Below, one piece after another: positions 36,919 to 46,964 of a DNA stretch of 64,000 nucleotides (its first letter is position 1; each line of letters starts with the position of its first letter). The stretch is from Candidatus Multivoradales bacterium. GTDB lineage: Bacteria; Acidobacteriota; Thermoanaerobaculia; Multivoradales; Multivoraceae. The notes beneath the pieces are model-generated. The model had not been told where the DNA came from. It did no database searches and saw nothing but the letters and a program-made list of their open reading frames with translations. The stretch is taken from NCBI GenBank assembly GCA_965223325.1, contig CBDCWI010000002.1, forward strand, positions 3,808,001 through 3,872,000, given 5' to 3'. Both the position numbers and the translations under genes were made by a program.

Positions 36919-38006
36919 GCGCCGGACCCGCGCATGAGCCCACTCCGGGGACGCTCGAGATCAACCTCAGCCTGCCCCTCGATCGCTTCGATCTCACTGT
37001 CGACGAGACCTTTTGTGGTGCCGCCGCCATTCTCGGGCCGAGCGGCGCCGGCAAGACCTCGTTACTCGAAGCGCTTGCCGGCCTGCGACGAGCGTCGGGC
37101 CGGGTCGCCTTTGCCGGCCAGGAGTGGCAGAACGACTCGATGTTTCTGGCTCCCGAACGGCGGTCGGTCGGCTACGTGCCACAAGACGCCCTCTTGATGC
37201 CGCACCTCTCCGTGCGCGCCAACCTCGGGTTCGCACAACCGGTCCGAGAAGTGACCGACGGGGGGTCTCTTGCCGACGTCGTCAGGCACCTGGGCCTCGA
37301 GCCACTGCTTGACCGTTCGCCTCGGCATCTCTCGGGAGGAGAACGCCGCCGCGTGGCCCTGGTGCGCGCTCTCGGGCGCCGCGCCTCGCTGCTCCTGCTC
37401 GACGAACCCACCGAAGGCCTCGACCCGGTCATGTCACGGCTGGTCGTTGGCGTTCTGCGCCGTCTGGCGCGTAGCGGGCAGGCGATGGTGGTCGTCACCC
37501 ATCGCCAAGACGTTGCCGAGGCCGTCACCGAACGCATCCTCAGGCTCGATCGCGGCCGCGTTGTCACCGACTCCGAAGCAACAGGTCTGCGTGGCGACGA
37601 GGTCCTGCTCCCCGGTCGTGTCGAGGCGCACGAACAAGACGACGGAATCACCCGGATCGCCCTCGAGCCCGCCGGCGGTAGCGAACCCCAAGAGGTCCGG
37701 ATTCCGCTCCATTCAGATCTAGAGCCCGGAGACGAAGTCGTGATCGCGATTCCCGCCCGCGACCTGATGGTCTCGATCGTAGAACCCAGTGGCCTTTCCG
37801 CCCGCAACGTCCAGCCAGCCGTCGTCGATGCCCTGGTGCCGAACGCCGCCAGCGACGAAGGCGCCGGATCACCAGCCGTCGACCTTACAGCCGGCCACTG
37901 GCGCGCCCGGCTGACCCACTCCGCGGTGCGCGAACTCGACCTCGCTCCAGGTAGAGAAGTCTGGTTGGTGAGCAAGAGCCATTCGTGGAGGGTGGTTTCG
38001 TCGTGA
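36915..38006 (+). CDS. modC: Molybdate ABC ATPase with TOBE domain
   Basis: GPSGAGKT, LSGGE, LLLDEP, GLSARN. Confidence 0.92.
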   Translation: MSAGPAHEPTPGTLEINLSLPLDRFDLTVDETFCGAAAILGPSGAGKTSLLEALAGLRRASGRVAFAGQEWQNDSMFLAPERRSVGYVPQDALLMPHLSVRANLGFAQPVREVTDGGSLADVVRHLGLEPLLDRSPRHLSGGERRRVALVRALGRRASLLLLDEPTEGLDPVMSRLVVGVLRRLARSGQAMVVVTHRQDVAEAVTERILRLDRGRVVTDSEATGLRGDEVLLPGRVEAHEQDDGITRIALEPAGGSEPQEVRIPLHSDLEPGDEVVIAIPARDLMVSIVEPSGLSARNVQPAVVDALVPNAASDEGAGSPAVDLTAGHWRARLTHSAVRELDLAPGREVWLVSKSHSWRVVSS

Positions 38007-38149
38007 TGTTGTATGTGCTGGTCGCACCTCGTGTCAGAGGGCAGTATTCTCAGACCGCCTTCCCTCAATCGAGCCGACAAGAGACCGGAAGACTCATGGT
38101 GACGAAAAGCCGACAAGACATCGCTTCGCCTAGGGCCGGGTCTCGGATG

Positions 38150-38470
38150 AAACCACGCTTTGTCACCTTCGAGGGCATCGGCGGTTTCGATATCTCGACG
38201 CCGAGCCGCCCCTCCAAAGCGCGACCCGCAGGTGCATGGTCGTGAGAAAACCACGCTTTGTCACCTTCGAGGGCATCGGCGGTTTCGATATCTCGACGCC
38301 GAGCCGCCCCTCCAAAGCGCGACCCGCAGGTGCATGGTCGTGAGAAAACCACGCTTTGTCACCTTCGAGGGCATCGGCGGTTTCGATATCTCGACGCCGA
38401 GCCGCCCCTCCAAAGCGCGACCCGCAGGTGCATGGTCGTGAGAAAACCACGCTTTGTCACCTTCGAGGGC
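38150..38470 (+). repeat. 98-bp tandem repeat x3 plus a fourth 27-bp part
   Basis: Units start at 38150, 38248, 38346 and 38444. Confidence 0.95.
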
Positions 38471-39118
38471 CTCGATGGGAGCGGCAAGTCGACGCATTTG
38501 CGGCGTGTTCTCGAACGACTGCAAGCTGCCGGCGAGGCGGTGGTGGCGACGCAGGAACCGGGCGGTACGCCGTTGGGTGAAGGCATTCGGAGTCTTTTCT
38601 TGGATCGCAACCTCGGTGAGATCGATGGTCGAGTCGAGTTGATGCTGGTGTTTGCGAGCCGGCGGCAGCACATTGCCGAGGTCATCGAGCCGGCGCTGGC
38701 GGCCGGTCAGCATGTTCTCTGTGATCGCTTCACCGATTCGACGACGGCCTACCAGGGCTACGGGCGTGAGGTGCCGCTTGTGGACATCCGAACGATCGAT
38801 CAGATCGCCACCGGCGGCCGGGTGCCGGACCGAACGATCTTCTTCGATGTTCCGGCCACCACCGCGCGAGAACGCGGACAGTCGAAGGCGCGGCGCGCCG
38901 GGAAAGACGGTGGTGTCGACCGGATCGACGCCGAGGCACTCCAGTTCTACGAGAAGGTGCGTCGGGGGTATCTCGAGATCGCAGAGCGCAACGCGCACCG
39001 CTTTCGGCGGGTCGACTCGACCACCAGGCACGAGCGCACCGAGCGCGCGGTCGCCGAGGCGTTGGTCGACCTGTTTCCGTCGCTCGAACCATTCGCCCAA
39101 CCGGCGAGTCGTCGATGA
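38432..39118 (+). CDS. tmk: Thymidylate kinase
   Basis: FVTFEGLDGSGKST, EPGGT, CDRF..ST.AYQGYGR. Confidence 0.95.
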   Translation: MVVRKPRFVTFEGLDGSGKSTHLRRVLERLQAAGEAVVATQEPGGTPLGEGIRSLFLDRNLGEIDGRVELMLVFASRRQHIAEVIEPALAAGQHVLCDRFTDSTTAYQGYGREVPLVDIRTIDQIATGGRVPDRTIFFDVPATTARERGQSKARRAGKDGGVDRIDAEALQFYEKVRRGYLEIAERNAHRFRRVDSTTRHERTERAVAEALVDLFPSLEPFAQPASRR

Positions 39119-39987
39119 GCGAGTCGCGAGAAGACGGCGGTGCCCTCGCTCGCGTGTTGGACCAGACGCGCGCGGGGCGGCTGTACCCCGGTGTGATCCT
39201 GCACGGGGCTGACGATGAACGGCGGCTCGAGGCGGCGCGCGAGATCGCGCGCACCCTGCTTTGTGAAGTTGAGCCGAGCGAGCGCCCCTGCGGTGCCTGT
39301 CGCCAGTGCCGGCGGATCGTCCTGCCGAGCGATGACGACGACCGTTTCCATCCAGACTTCGTGGTTCTAGAGCGCGACCTGCGCACCTCCACCTCTGCCG
39401 ATGCGGTTCGCCGAATGCTGCGGGCGGTGCAACTCCGTCCGTTCGAGGGCCGGGGCCAGGTCTTCGTCGTGGCGAGCGCCGAAACGCTCACCGGTGGCGC
39501 CGCCAACGCCTTGCTGAAGAACCTCGAAGAGCCACCAACCACGGCGCCGCGCCACTTTCTCCTCTGTGCGCCCTCGGCCGTCGAACTCTTGCCGACCTTG
39601 CGCAGCCGCTCTTTGTCTGTTTACCTGGGCGGTGCCGATCGCGCTCTCGAAGAAGATGCCGTCGCCAGCCTCGTCTGGGAGCTGGCGACCTGTATCGACG
39701 GGTACGCTTCTACTGGCTCGGCGAGCTATCTCTTGGCCATGTCGCGCGCCGCGCACTCTGCGACGCGTTGGGACGATCCGCGCGCGATGGCGCCCTGGAA
39801 TCTGGTCGCTGCGGCGGTTCTTCGTCTCGGCCGCGATCAGAATCGATCGCCGGCCCTGCGCCGCGCCCTGCTCGAGCTTTCCGAGGCGCTGCTCGAAGCG
39901 ATCGATCAAAGGGTGCGTGGAGTTCCGGCGCAGCGGATCCTCGATGGTGCGATCAGTCGCTGTCTCTCGCCGGTTCGACCTGCTTGA
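39115..39987 (+). CDS. holB: DNA polymerase III delta-prime subunit
   Basis: PCGACRQC, HPDF, ANALLKNLEEP, LLPTLRSR; follows tmk. Confidence 0.88.
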   Translation: MSESREDGGALARVLDQTRAGRLYPGVILHGADDERRLEAAREIARTLLCEVEPSERPCGACRQCRRIVLPSDDDDRFHPDFVVLERDLRTSTSADAVRRMLRAVQLRPFEGRGQVFVVASAETLTGGAANALLKNLEEPPTTAPRHFLLCAPSAVELLPTLRSRSLSVYLGGADRALEEDAVASLVWELATCIDGYASTGSASYLLAMSRAAHSATRWDDPRAMAPWNLVAAAVLRLGRDQNRSPALRRALLELSEALLEAIDQRVRGVPAQRILDGAISRCLSPVRPA

Positions 39988-40231
39988 GTGGCACTGCTGG
40001 GCGTCAAGATCCCTTTCTGTTGGAACAATCGCGGTGATCTGTAGTTGATACGATCGCGAACCGCGGCTCAGAGTCCCCTGCTCGGGCTCCGGCGCGCCTC
40101 CCCAGCCGCACCAGTGCGGTTGGCGTGATGCCAGCCCGGTGAAAGTCGCCCCACCTTTACGAGTCCCCAATCAAGACAGGACCGGGCCGTTGATTCGATG
40201 CCCGCTTTCCGTTTCTCTCAGGAGTTTCTTC

Positions 40232-41299
40232 ATGACCTATCGAGCCAAAGGTTCAGAGCGTCTCTTCTTGTTCGTCCCGGTCGCACTAGCAGGGGTCCTG
40301 CTCGCCTGCGGCAACACGGTTACCGCTCAGGATTCGAGTGAACAGTCGTCCGATGAGGTCGTGCTCAAAGTGCAGGGCAAAGACTTCACCCTGGCGGATG
40401 TCGAGGCCAAGGCCTCCGACACCCTCGATCAGGTAGCCGCCGCTCGTCAGGCATGCGAGATGGAGGCCGACAAGAACCGCCACACGGTCCTGGCGAACAC
40501 TGCCGAGCAGATGGTGCGCGAACTTCTGATCGAAGAGCAGGCTGAGAAGGCAGGTGAAGACCCGAAGGTCTGGCTGGCCGCCGAGAAGGCCCGCCAGATG
40601 GCCGCCGTGTCAGACGAACATGTCGATAGCTGGTACACCGCCAACCAGGCGCGCCTCCGCGGTCGTGCCAAGGAAGAGATTGCCGAGCAGATCAGGGACC
40701 TCCTGGCGACGGAGAACCTACACTCGTCTTTGCGCGAAGCCGCCAGCGTTGACGTCAACCTCGATCCCTACCGCCTCGAAGTCGCCGCGGTCGATGCGCC
40801 GTCGAAGGGCGCTGCCGATCCCAAGATCACGCTGATCGAGTTCTCCGACTTTGAATGCCCCTTCTGCGGTCGCGTCAACCCGTCGCTGGCACAGGTGATG
40901 GAAACCTATGGCGATAGCGTTCAGGTCGTCTTCCGTCAGTTTCCACTCGAGTCGATTCACCCGAACGCCCGTAAGGCCGCAGAAGCAGCCCTCTGCGCGG
41001 AAGAGCAGGGCAAGTTCTGGGAGATGCACGATCTGCTCTTTGCCGAGCAGAAGGAGCTCGGTGTCGATCAGCTCAAAGACAAGGCAGTGCGGCTCGAGCT
41101 CGACACTGAGGCCTTCAACGCCTGCCTCGACAGCGGCCGCAAGACCGAGATCGTCGACCGCGACCTGCAGGCCGGTTCGGCTGTCGGGGTGACCGGAACG
41201 CCGGCGATGTTCATCAACGGGCGTCCCCTGGTGGGTGCGGTGTCGTTCGAAGACCTCGCCAAGGTCATCGACGACGAGCTCGAGCGGGTCGCGCCCTAG
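40232..41299 (+). CDS. DsbA-family thioredoxin-fold lipoprotein
   Basis: LLAC lipobox, FSDFECPFC, GTP. Confidence 0.9.
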   Translation: MTYRAKGSERLFLFVPVALAGVLLACGNTVTAQDSSEQSSDEVVLKVQGKDFTLADVEAKASDTLDQVAAARQACEMEADKNRHTVLANTAEQMVRELLIEEQAEKAGEDPKVWLAAEKARQMAAVSDEHVDSWYTANQARLRGRAKEEIAEQIRDLLATENLHSSLREAASVDVNLDPYRLEVAAVDAPSKGAADPKITLIEFSDFECPFCGRVNPSLAQVMETYGDSVQVVFRQFPLESIHPNARKAAEAALCAEEQGKFWEMHDLLFAEQKELGVDQLKDKAVRLELDTEAFNACLDSGRKTEIVDRDLQAGSAVGVTGTPAMFINGRPLVGAVSFEDLAKVIDDELERVAP

Positions 41300-41345
41300 C
41301 AGGCGGCTTCGCACCCCGAGCAGCTCCGTGCTGTAGGTTCGACCC

Positions 41346-42839
41346 ATGAGTGACGGGTCCTCCGAGCCAGCAAGGTTCAACAGTCGGCCCGATCGAGGAG
41401 ACATCCCGGACGATGAGTTCCGGGAGGCCCTCGATCGTGTCGCTGAGATCGCTGCGTCTTACCTTGCCTCCGTCGAGCGGTTCGACGTTCTTCCGGCGAT
41501 CTCGCCAGGAGATGTCGCAGCGCAGATCCCGTCGGCTCCACCGGAAACGGGCGAGCCCTTGGAACGCTTGATCGACGACTACAAGGCCTTCATCGAACCC
41601 AACGTCACTCACTGGAACCACCCGGGGTTCATGGCCTACTTCGGGATCACCGGTTCGCGACCGGGTCTGCTTGGTGAGACGTTGGCGGCCTCCTTGAACG
41701 TCAACGCGATGTTGTGGCGTTCGTCACCGGCTGCAACCGAGCTCGAAGAGCGGGCAACGGATTGGCTGCGCCAGCTGGTGGGTCTGCCCGAGGGGTTCGT
41801 GGGCCACATCAACGACACGGCCTCGATTTCGACCATGTTGGCGCTTGCGGCGGCGCGCGAAGGCCTCGGTTTCGATGTTCGCGAGAAGGGGCTCGCCGGG
41901 CGCTCCGATGTGCCGCCTCTCGTGACCTACACCAGTGAGGAGGCGCACTCCTCGGTCGACAAGGCTGCCATGACGCTCGGACTGGGTCATGCCAACGTTC
42001 GCCGCATCGGTACCGACGAGGGTTTCGCACTTGATCCCGATGCCCTGCTAGCGGCGATCGAGGCCGACCTCGCCGCCGGCAGGAAGCCGTTGGCGCTCGT
42101 GGCGACCGTCGGCACGACATCGACGACGAGCGTTGACCCGGTCGCGGCTCTTGTGCCGATCTGTCGGCAATTCGGGATGTGGCTGCACGTCGACGCGGCC
42201 TATGCCGGCTCAGCTGCGGTTTGTCCCGAGCTACGCCGTCATTTCGACGGTTGGCAGGAGGCCGACTCGGTGGTGATCAACCCCCACAAGTGGTTGTTTA
42301 CCCAGGTCGATTGCTCGGTGCTGTTTCTCCAGGACCCGACGCTTCTCAAAGCCGCCTTTTCGCTCGTGCCGGCCTATCTCGAAGACGATGATGGGGCAAC
42401 CAACCTGATGGACTACGGCCCGCAGCTCGGTCGTCGCTTCCGGTCGCTGAAGCTGTGGTTCGTCATGCGGGCCTTCGGCGCGGAGGGCTTGCGCTCGAGA
42501 ATCCGTGGCCACTGCGAGTTGGCCCGCGAGCTCGGGTCGTGGGTCGAGAGCGATCCTCGTTTCGAGATGCTTGCGCCCGCACCTTTCAGTACGGTGTGTT
42601 TCCGGGCAGTCGCTCGAGGGTGCACCCCGGAGGAACTCGATGTGTTCAACCGTGCCCTTCAGAACGCGGTCCACGAAAGCGGTGCGGCGTTCATCTCCCA
42701 AACCCAGGTTGAAGGTCGGTTTGCCTTGCGCTGCGCGATCGGCAATATCAAGACCGAGCGCCGACACGTCGAGCGCCTGTGGAAGTTCCTGGGCGAGAGC
42801 TACGACCAGCTGGCGGCGAGCAACCCGGTCGAGAGGTAA
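41346..42839 (+). CDS. PLP-dependent aromatic-L-amino-acid decarboxylase family
   Basis: THWNHPGFMAYF, SPAATELE, HVDAAYAG, NPHKW. Confidence 0.93.
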   Translation: MSDGSSEPARFNSRPDRGDIPDDEFREALDRVAEIAASYLASVERFDVLPAISPGDVAAQIPSAPPETGEPLERLIDDYKAFIEPNVTHWNHPGFMAYFGITGSRPGLLGETLAASLNVNAMLWRSSPAATELEERATDWLRQLVGLPEGFVGHINDTASISTMLALAAAREGLGFDVREKGLAGRSDVPPLVTYTSEEAHSSVDKAAMTLGLGHANVRRIGTDEGFALDPDALLAAIEADLAAGRKPLALVATVGTTSTTSVDPVAALVPICRQFGMWLHVDAAYAGSAAVCPELRRHFDGWQEADSVVINPHKWLFTQVDCSVLFLQDPTLLKAAFSLVPAYLEDDDGATNLMDYGPQLGRRFRSLKLWFVMRAFGAEGLRSRIRGHCELARELGSWVESDPRFEMLAPAPFSTVCFRAVARGCTPEELDVFNRALQNAVHESGAAFISQTQVEGRFALRCAIGNIKTERRHVERLWKFLGESYDQLAASNPVER

Positions 42840-42845
42840 CGCTTC

Positions 42846-43550
42846 GTGAGTGGAAAGTTCAAGGACTATTCTTTCGAACGCCTCGATGCAGCAGAGATGG
42901 AGTCGCGGGCCCAGCTCTTTTTCGAGGAAATGGATGCACGTCGTAGTGTGCGCGACTTCTCGTCCGATCCCGTGCCGCGTGAGCTGATCGAAACCGCCAT
43001 TCGGGCAGCATCCACGGCTCCGTCGGGCGCTCACCGCCAGCCCTGGCGTTTTGTCGCGGTCTCTGATCCCGAGATCAAGCGCCGCATTCGTGAGGCGGCG
43101 GAGCACGAGGAGTACATTTCCTACGAAGGTGGGCGGATGCCCGAGGAGTGGCTCGAGGCGTTGGCTCCTCTCGGAACCGACTGGCGAAAGCCCTTCCTCG
43201 AGACTTGCCCGTGGATCGTGGTGGTCTTCGCCGAGCTCTGGGGCTACGGCGAGAGCGGAGCACGCCGCAAGAACTACTACGTCAAGGAAAGCGTTGGGCT
43301 GGCGTGTGGACTCTTCATCGCGGCGCTTCATCGCATGGGCCTGGCCACCCTCACCCATACCCCGAGTCCGATGGCGTTCCTGTCCGAGATTCTTGGCCGC
43401 CCAAGAAACGAGAAGCCGTTCATTCTTTTCCCGATCGGCTATCCCGCGGACGACTGCCAGGTGCCGGACATTACCCGCAAGGATCTTTCGGAGGTGGCCA
43501 TCTGGGACCCACAGGTGACCGTGCCGTCGCCGTCTGACGATGACGGTTAG
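42846..43550 (+). CDS. Nitroreductase, iodotyrosine-deiodinase-like
   Basis: RRSVRDFS, TAPSGAHRQPW, YYVKESVG, LTHTPSPM. Confidence 0.88.
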   Translation: MSGKFKDYSFERLDAAEMESRAQLFFEEMDARRSVRDFSSDPVPRELIETAIRAASTAPSGAHRQPWRFVAVSDPEIKRRIREAAEHEEYISYEGGRMPEEWLEALAPLGTDWRKPFLETCPWIVVVFAELWGYGESGARRKNYYVKESVGLACGLFIAALHRMGLATLTHTPSPMAFLSEILGRPRNEKPFILFPIGYPADDCQVPDITRKDLSEVAIWDPQVTVPSPSDDDG

Positions 43551-43586
43551 CGGCGCGGCGACCTGGCGCTCCAAGAGCCCAGATCG

Positions 43587-45110
43587 ATGACGTGCGGAGA
43601 ACGTACAGGAGCGTCGTCAAGGGCTCTGTTGGCCGCCCTGGCGCTCCTGGTCGCTTTCGCGCTTCTTCGTTTCGTTGGGCTCGAGGCAGACTTTCCGGTT
43701 GGACTGACGCATTCGTTCGGTCCGCTCACCGATGAGGGCTACTACGCCGCACCCGCGGTGCGTTCGGCCGCCGGTCAGCCCGCCCATCAACCGGGTGGAT
43801 TCAACTCGCAGATCCTGACGCCAGTCTCGCCGTTCTTGCAGTCGCTGATGTTCGAGAGCGTCGGTGTTTCGCTCGGCACGGCGCGACTACCCAGCGTGGT
43901 TCTTTCGTTGGCTCTGTTCGCACTCCTGGTGACGGTCGTCTGGCGTCGAGTAGGTCCCTGGCCGGCAGTTGTTCTGGGAGCAGTTCTCACCTCTCACTGG
44001 CAGACTTTCGTCTACAGCCGCGTGGCGCTGCTCGATCTGCCGGTGCTCTTCTTTTCCGTCTTGGCAATGGTGCTGATGAACCGAGCCCTCGAGCGCTCGG
44101 GCGGAGGCACCGAGAGGGATGCGATCCTGGCCGGTTTCGTGCTTGCTGTAGCGGCACTTTGCAAGCTCACCGCGGTGACCGTCGTCCCGGCGCTCCTCTT
44201 CGTTGGCTGGCGCGGTGGGAAGAGTCGACTTCGGGTGCTTTCCCTGGTCGGTGGCACGTGTGCGGCGGTGCTGTCCGCCTGGTTCGCGGGCGTGGCGCTT
44301 CCCTATCGTGACGATGTGATGCTCTTTCTGTCGGTCAACGCGCGATCGACCTGGATCGGTTGGTTCGATGAGTTCCACTTGCTCGTGGGCTTCGCAAAGA
44401 GTCTCGCTGCAATCGATCCGCTCGCGGTGGTGGCCGTTGCCCTGGCGCTGCCCTGGGGTGTTCGCTACATCAGCGCCGGCCTACAGGGCCAACGTGTGGG
44501 CGGCGGTCTGTACGGGGGCTTCTGGGTGTTCTGGGCGTCCTACCTGCTCTTCCTCGTCTACTCCGACTACCGCCCGGTGCGGTACCTGACCCCGTGGCTT
44601 CTTCTTTCGGTGGTGCTGGCGACCTGGACGGCCACGCTTGCCCTCCGTAGTACGCGTTCCGAAGCGTTGGCGGGCAGGATCCTGGTGGGCGTTCTCTGCC
44701 TCCAGGTGGTGCTTGGCGTCGCCCGTCAGGGACGCGAACTCTCACGGCTCGAGTATGGTTTTCGGGATGCTGCTCGGGAGATCACGCTCATCGCCGGCGA
44801 CGACGCGGTCCTTTACGGTCGCGCTGTTCAACAAGTGCTGCTCGCGGTCGGTGGCCCTGCCGGGGCGACCGCGGTCACCGAGGACTTCGGAACCTGGTCG
44901 GTCGAACGCCGCATAGAGAGCTACCGGCCGACTCACTACATGCAGTTCGGGCCAGCCACGTCGGCGAGTCGCGATGCCTTGCGTCCGCTCGGTGAGCTGG
45001 TCCTGCTGCAGCGCTTCCCGTTTCTTGCGAAGTATGGATACGACGGCGTCGATGCCGTTTATCTCTATCGCGTCGAGGCGCCGCTACCGCTTGCTGCCTC
45101 AGGCCGATAG
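43587..45110 (+). CDS. ArnT/PMT-like membrane glycosyltransferase
   Basis: TDEGYY loop followed by many TM helices. Confidence 0.75.
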   Translation: MTCGERTGASSRALLAALALLVAFALLRFVGLEADFPVGLTHSFGPLTDEGYYAAPAVRSAAGQPAHQPGGFNSQILTPVSPFLQSLMFESVGVSLGTARLPSVVLSLALFALLVTVVWRRVGPWPAVVLGAVLTSHWQTFVYSRVALLDLPVLFFSVLAMVLMNRALERSGGGTERDAILAGFVLAVAALCKLTAVTVVPALLFVGWRGGKSRLRVLSLVGGTCAAVLSAWFAGVALPYRDDVMLFLSVNARSTWIGWFDEFHLLVGFAKSLAAIDPLAVVAVALALPWGVRYISAGLQGQRVGGGLYGGFWVFWASYLLFLVYSDYRPVRYLTPWLLLSVVLATWTATLALRSTRSEALAGRILVGVLCLQVVLGVARQGRELSRLEYGFRDAAREITLIAGDDAVLYGRAVQQVLLAVGGPAGATAVTEDFGTWSVERRIESYRPTHYMQFGPATSASRDALRPLGELVLLQRFPFLAKYGYDGVDAVYLYRVEAPLPLAASGR

Positions 45111-45122
45111 CATCCCGGCGCC

Positions 45123-46181
45123 ATGCAGATTCATGCCCTCATTCTCGCCGGCGGCAGCGGCACCCGTTTCTGGCCGTCCTCTCGCCGTTCCCGTCCCAAG
45201 CAACTCCTCCCGCTCGGCGGCGACGACAGTCTTCTCCATCGCACCGTGAAACGAATCTCCGCCTCGGTCCCCGCCACCAACGTCTGGGTGTGCACCACCG
45301 AAGCTCTTGCCGACGATGTCGCCGTCGACCTGCCGATGGTGCCCAGGGAGCAGATTCTCGCTGAGCCCGAGGGGCGCAACACGGCGGCCGCGATTGGGTG
45401 GGCGGTGGCGATGATGCCCGAGGAGGTCCGGAGAGGTGTGATCGCGATGCTGCCGGCGGATCATCATGTCGAGGACCCGCCGGCGTTCTGTGCTGCGCTC
45501 GAGAGTGCGGCGGAGATTGCCGCTGCCGGGAAACAGGTTCTGACCCTCGGGGTACGACCGACGCGAGTGGAAACCGGCTATGGCTACCTGGAGCTCGAGC
45601 GTCTGCCCACGGGTGGTCTCGACGCGGTGACGGTTGCTCGCTTCACCGAGAAGCCAGATCTAGCGACGGCGGAGGAGTTCGTCAGCGGTGGTCGGCACCT
45701 GTGGAACGCCGGTATTTTCGTCTTCAGCGGCAGTTTGATGCTCGACCTGCTGACGCGCCTCCAGCCTGAGCTCGCGCGTGGCATCGAGAGCGTCACGGCG
45801 GCTGTCGATACCAAAGAAGCCAGTTCCCTCTATGCAGAGCTCGAGTCGATCTCGATCGACTACGCCGTCATGGAACGTCTGGACGATCTGCTCACGATTC
45901 CACTCGATTGTGGCTGGACGGATCTCGGTTCCTGGGAGGCAATCGCCGAGCTCCTCGCTGGCGACGCGGGCGACAATCGAGAGCGCGGCGACGTGATCGC
46001 GATCGACGCGACCGACAACCTGCTGTGGGCAGACGAGGGCACGGTAGCGGTGGTCGGTATCGAAGGGCTCGTCGTCGTGCGCACCGGTGACTCCGTCCTC
46101 GTGATTCCCCGTGAGCGGGCGCAGGATGTCCGCTTGATTGTCGAACGCTTGCGCGCCGATGATCGCTCCGATCTTCTCTGA
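45123..46181 (+). CDS. manC: Mannose-1-phosphate guanylyltransferase
   Basis: ILAGGSGTRFWPSSR..PKQ, EPEGRNTA, WNAGIF, SIDYAVME. Confidence 0.93.
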   Translation: MQIHALILAGGSGTRFWPSSRRSRPKQLLPLGGDDSLLHRTVKRISASVPATNVWVCTTEALADDVAVDLPMVPREQILAEPEGRNTAAAIGWAVAMMPEEVRRGVIAMLPADHHVEDPPAFCAALESAAEIAAAGKQVLTLGVRPTRVETGYGYLELERLPTGGLDAVTVARFTEKPDLATAEEFVSGGRHLWNAGIFVFSGSLMLDLLTRLQPELARGIESVTAAVDTKEASSLYAELESISIDYAVMERLDDLLTIPLDCGWTDLGSWEAIAELLAGDAGDNRERGDVIAIDATDNLLWADEGTVAVVGIEGLVVVRTGDSVLVIPRERAQDVRLIVERLRADDRSDLL

Positions 46182-46196
46182 GTCGCCGGCCGCTCG

Positions 46197-46964
46197 ATGT
46201 CTGTTCAACGAGGAAACCGACAGCCAGCCTTGATCGCTGGAGGCACGATCGGTCCCGGGGAGGAGCACGTCGTCGAGCGCTACGACTTGCCACTCGATCT
46301 CGACGCGCTGGTCGAAGAACCGGAACCTGGTTCAGCGCCTCGACCCTGGGAAGTCGAGATCGGCTTCGGCAAGGGCCGGCACCTCGTCTCGCGCGCAGCG
46401 TCTGACCCCGAACGCAACTTTCTCGGTATCGAGATCACCAGTCGCTACTTTCGGATGTGCGCCGAGCGTGGGCGGAAGCGAGGTCTCTTGAACCTGCTCG
46501 CCATTCGAGGGGAGGCGCGCTATCTCCTGGCGACCTGCCTGCCGCGCGGTTTTGCCGAGGTGGTGCACGTCTACTTCCCCGACCCGTGGCCGAAGGCCAA
46601 GCATCACAAGCGACGTCTCTTCGACCCTGAGTCCGTCGATCTGCTACTCGATCTCCTGACCCCCAGTGGTTGCCTGGAGTTCGCTACGGATCACCTCGAG
46701 TATGGCGGCCTGGTCGAGGAGATTCTCCGTGCCCACCCCGGCCTGCGCCTGGAGACCCTGGAGAGTTGGCCAGGCGGCCCGCGGACCAACTACGAGGCCA
46801 AATACGTGCGCGAGGGGCGCCCGATCCGTCGGTTGATCGCCCACCTCGAGGGCGGCGAGCAGCTGGGACCGGGGTCGCGCGTGCACCCGCTCGGGGAGCA
46901 GGCGCTCTACGTAGCGGCCCTGGGCGACAAGGCAGCGGCGAGCTCGGAGGAGACCTCGGCCTGA
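46197..46964 (+). CDS. trmB: tRNA (guanine-N7)-methyltransferase
   Basis: EIGFGKG, FPDPWPKAKHHKRR, ATD, TNYE. Confidence 0.93.
   Translation: MSVQRGNRQPALIAGGTIGPGEEHVVERYDLPLDLDALVEEPEPGSAPRPWEVEIGFGKGRHLVSRAASDPERNFLGIEITSRYFRMCAERGRKRGLLNLLAIRGEARYLLATCLPRGFAEVVHVYFPDPWPKAKHHKRRLFDPESVDLLLDLLTPSGCLEFATDHLEYGGLVEEILRAHPGLRLETLESWPGGPRTNYEAKYVREGRPIRRLIAHLEGGEQLGPGSRVHPLGEQALYVAALGDKAAASSEETSA

Noticed and set aside
38150-38470. 27-bp repeats as a CRISPR array
   Set aside because: The intervening segments are identical and the repeat is tmk coding sequence.
40020-40200. Possible ncRNA between holB and the dsbA-like gene
   Set aside because: There are some GC-rich hairpins but no motif I can match to a known RNA family.
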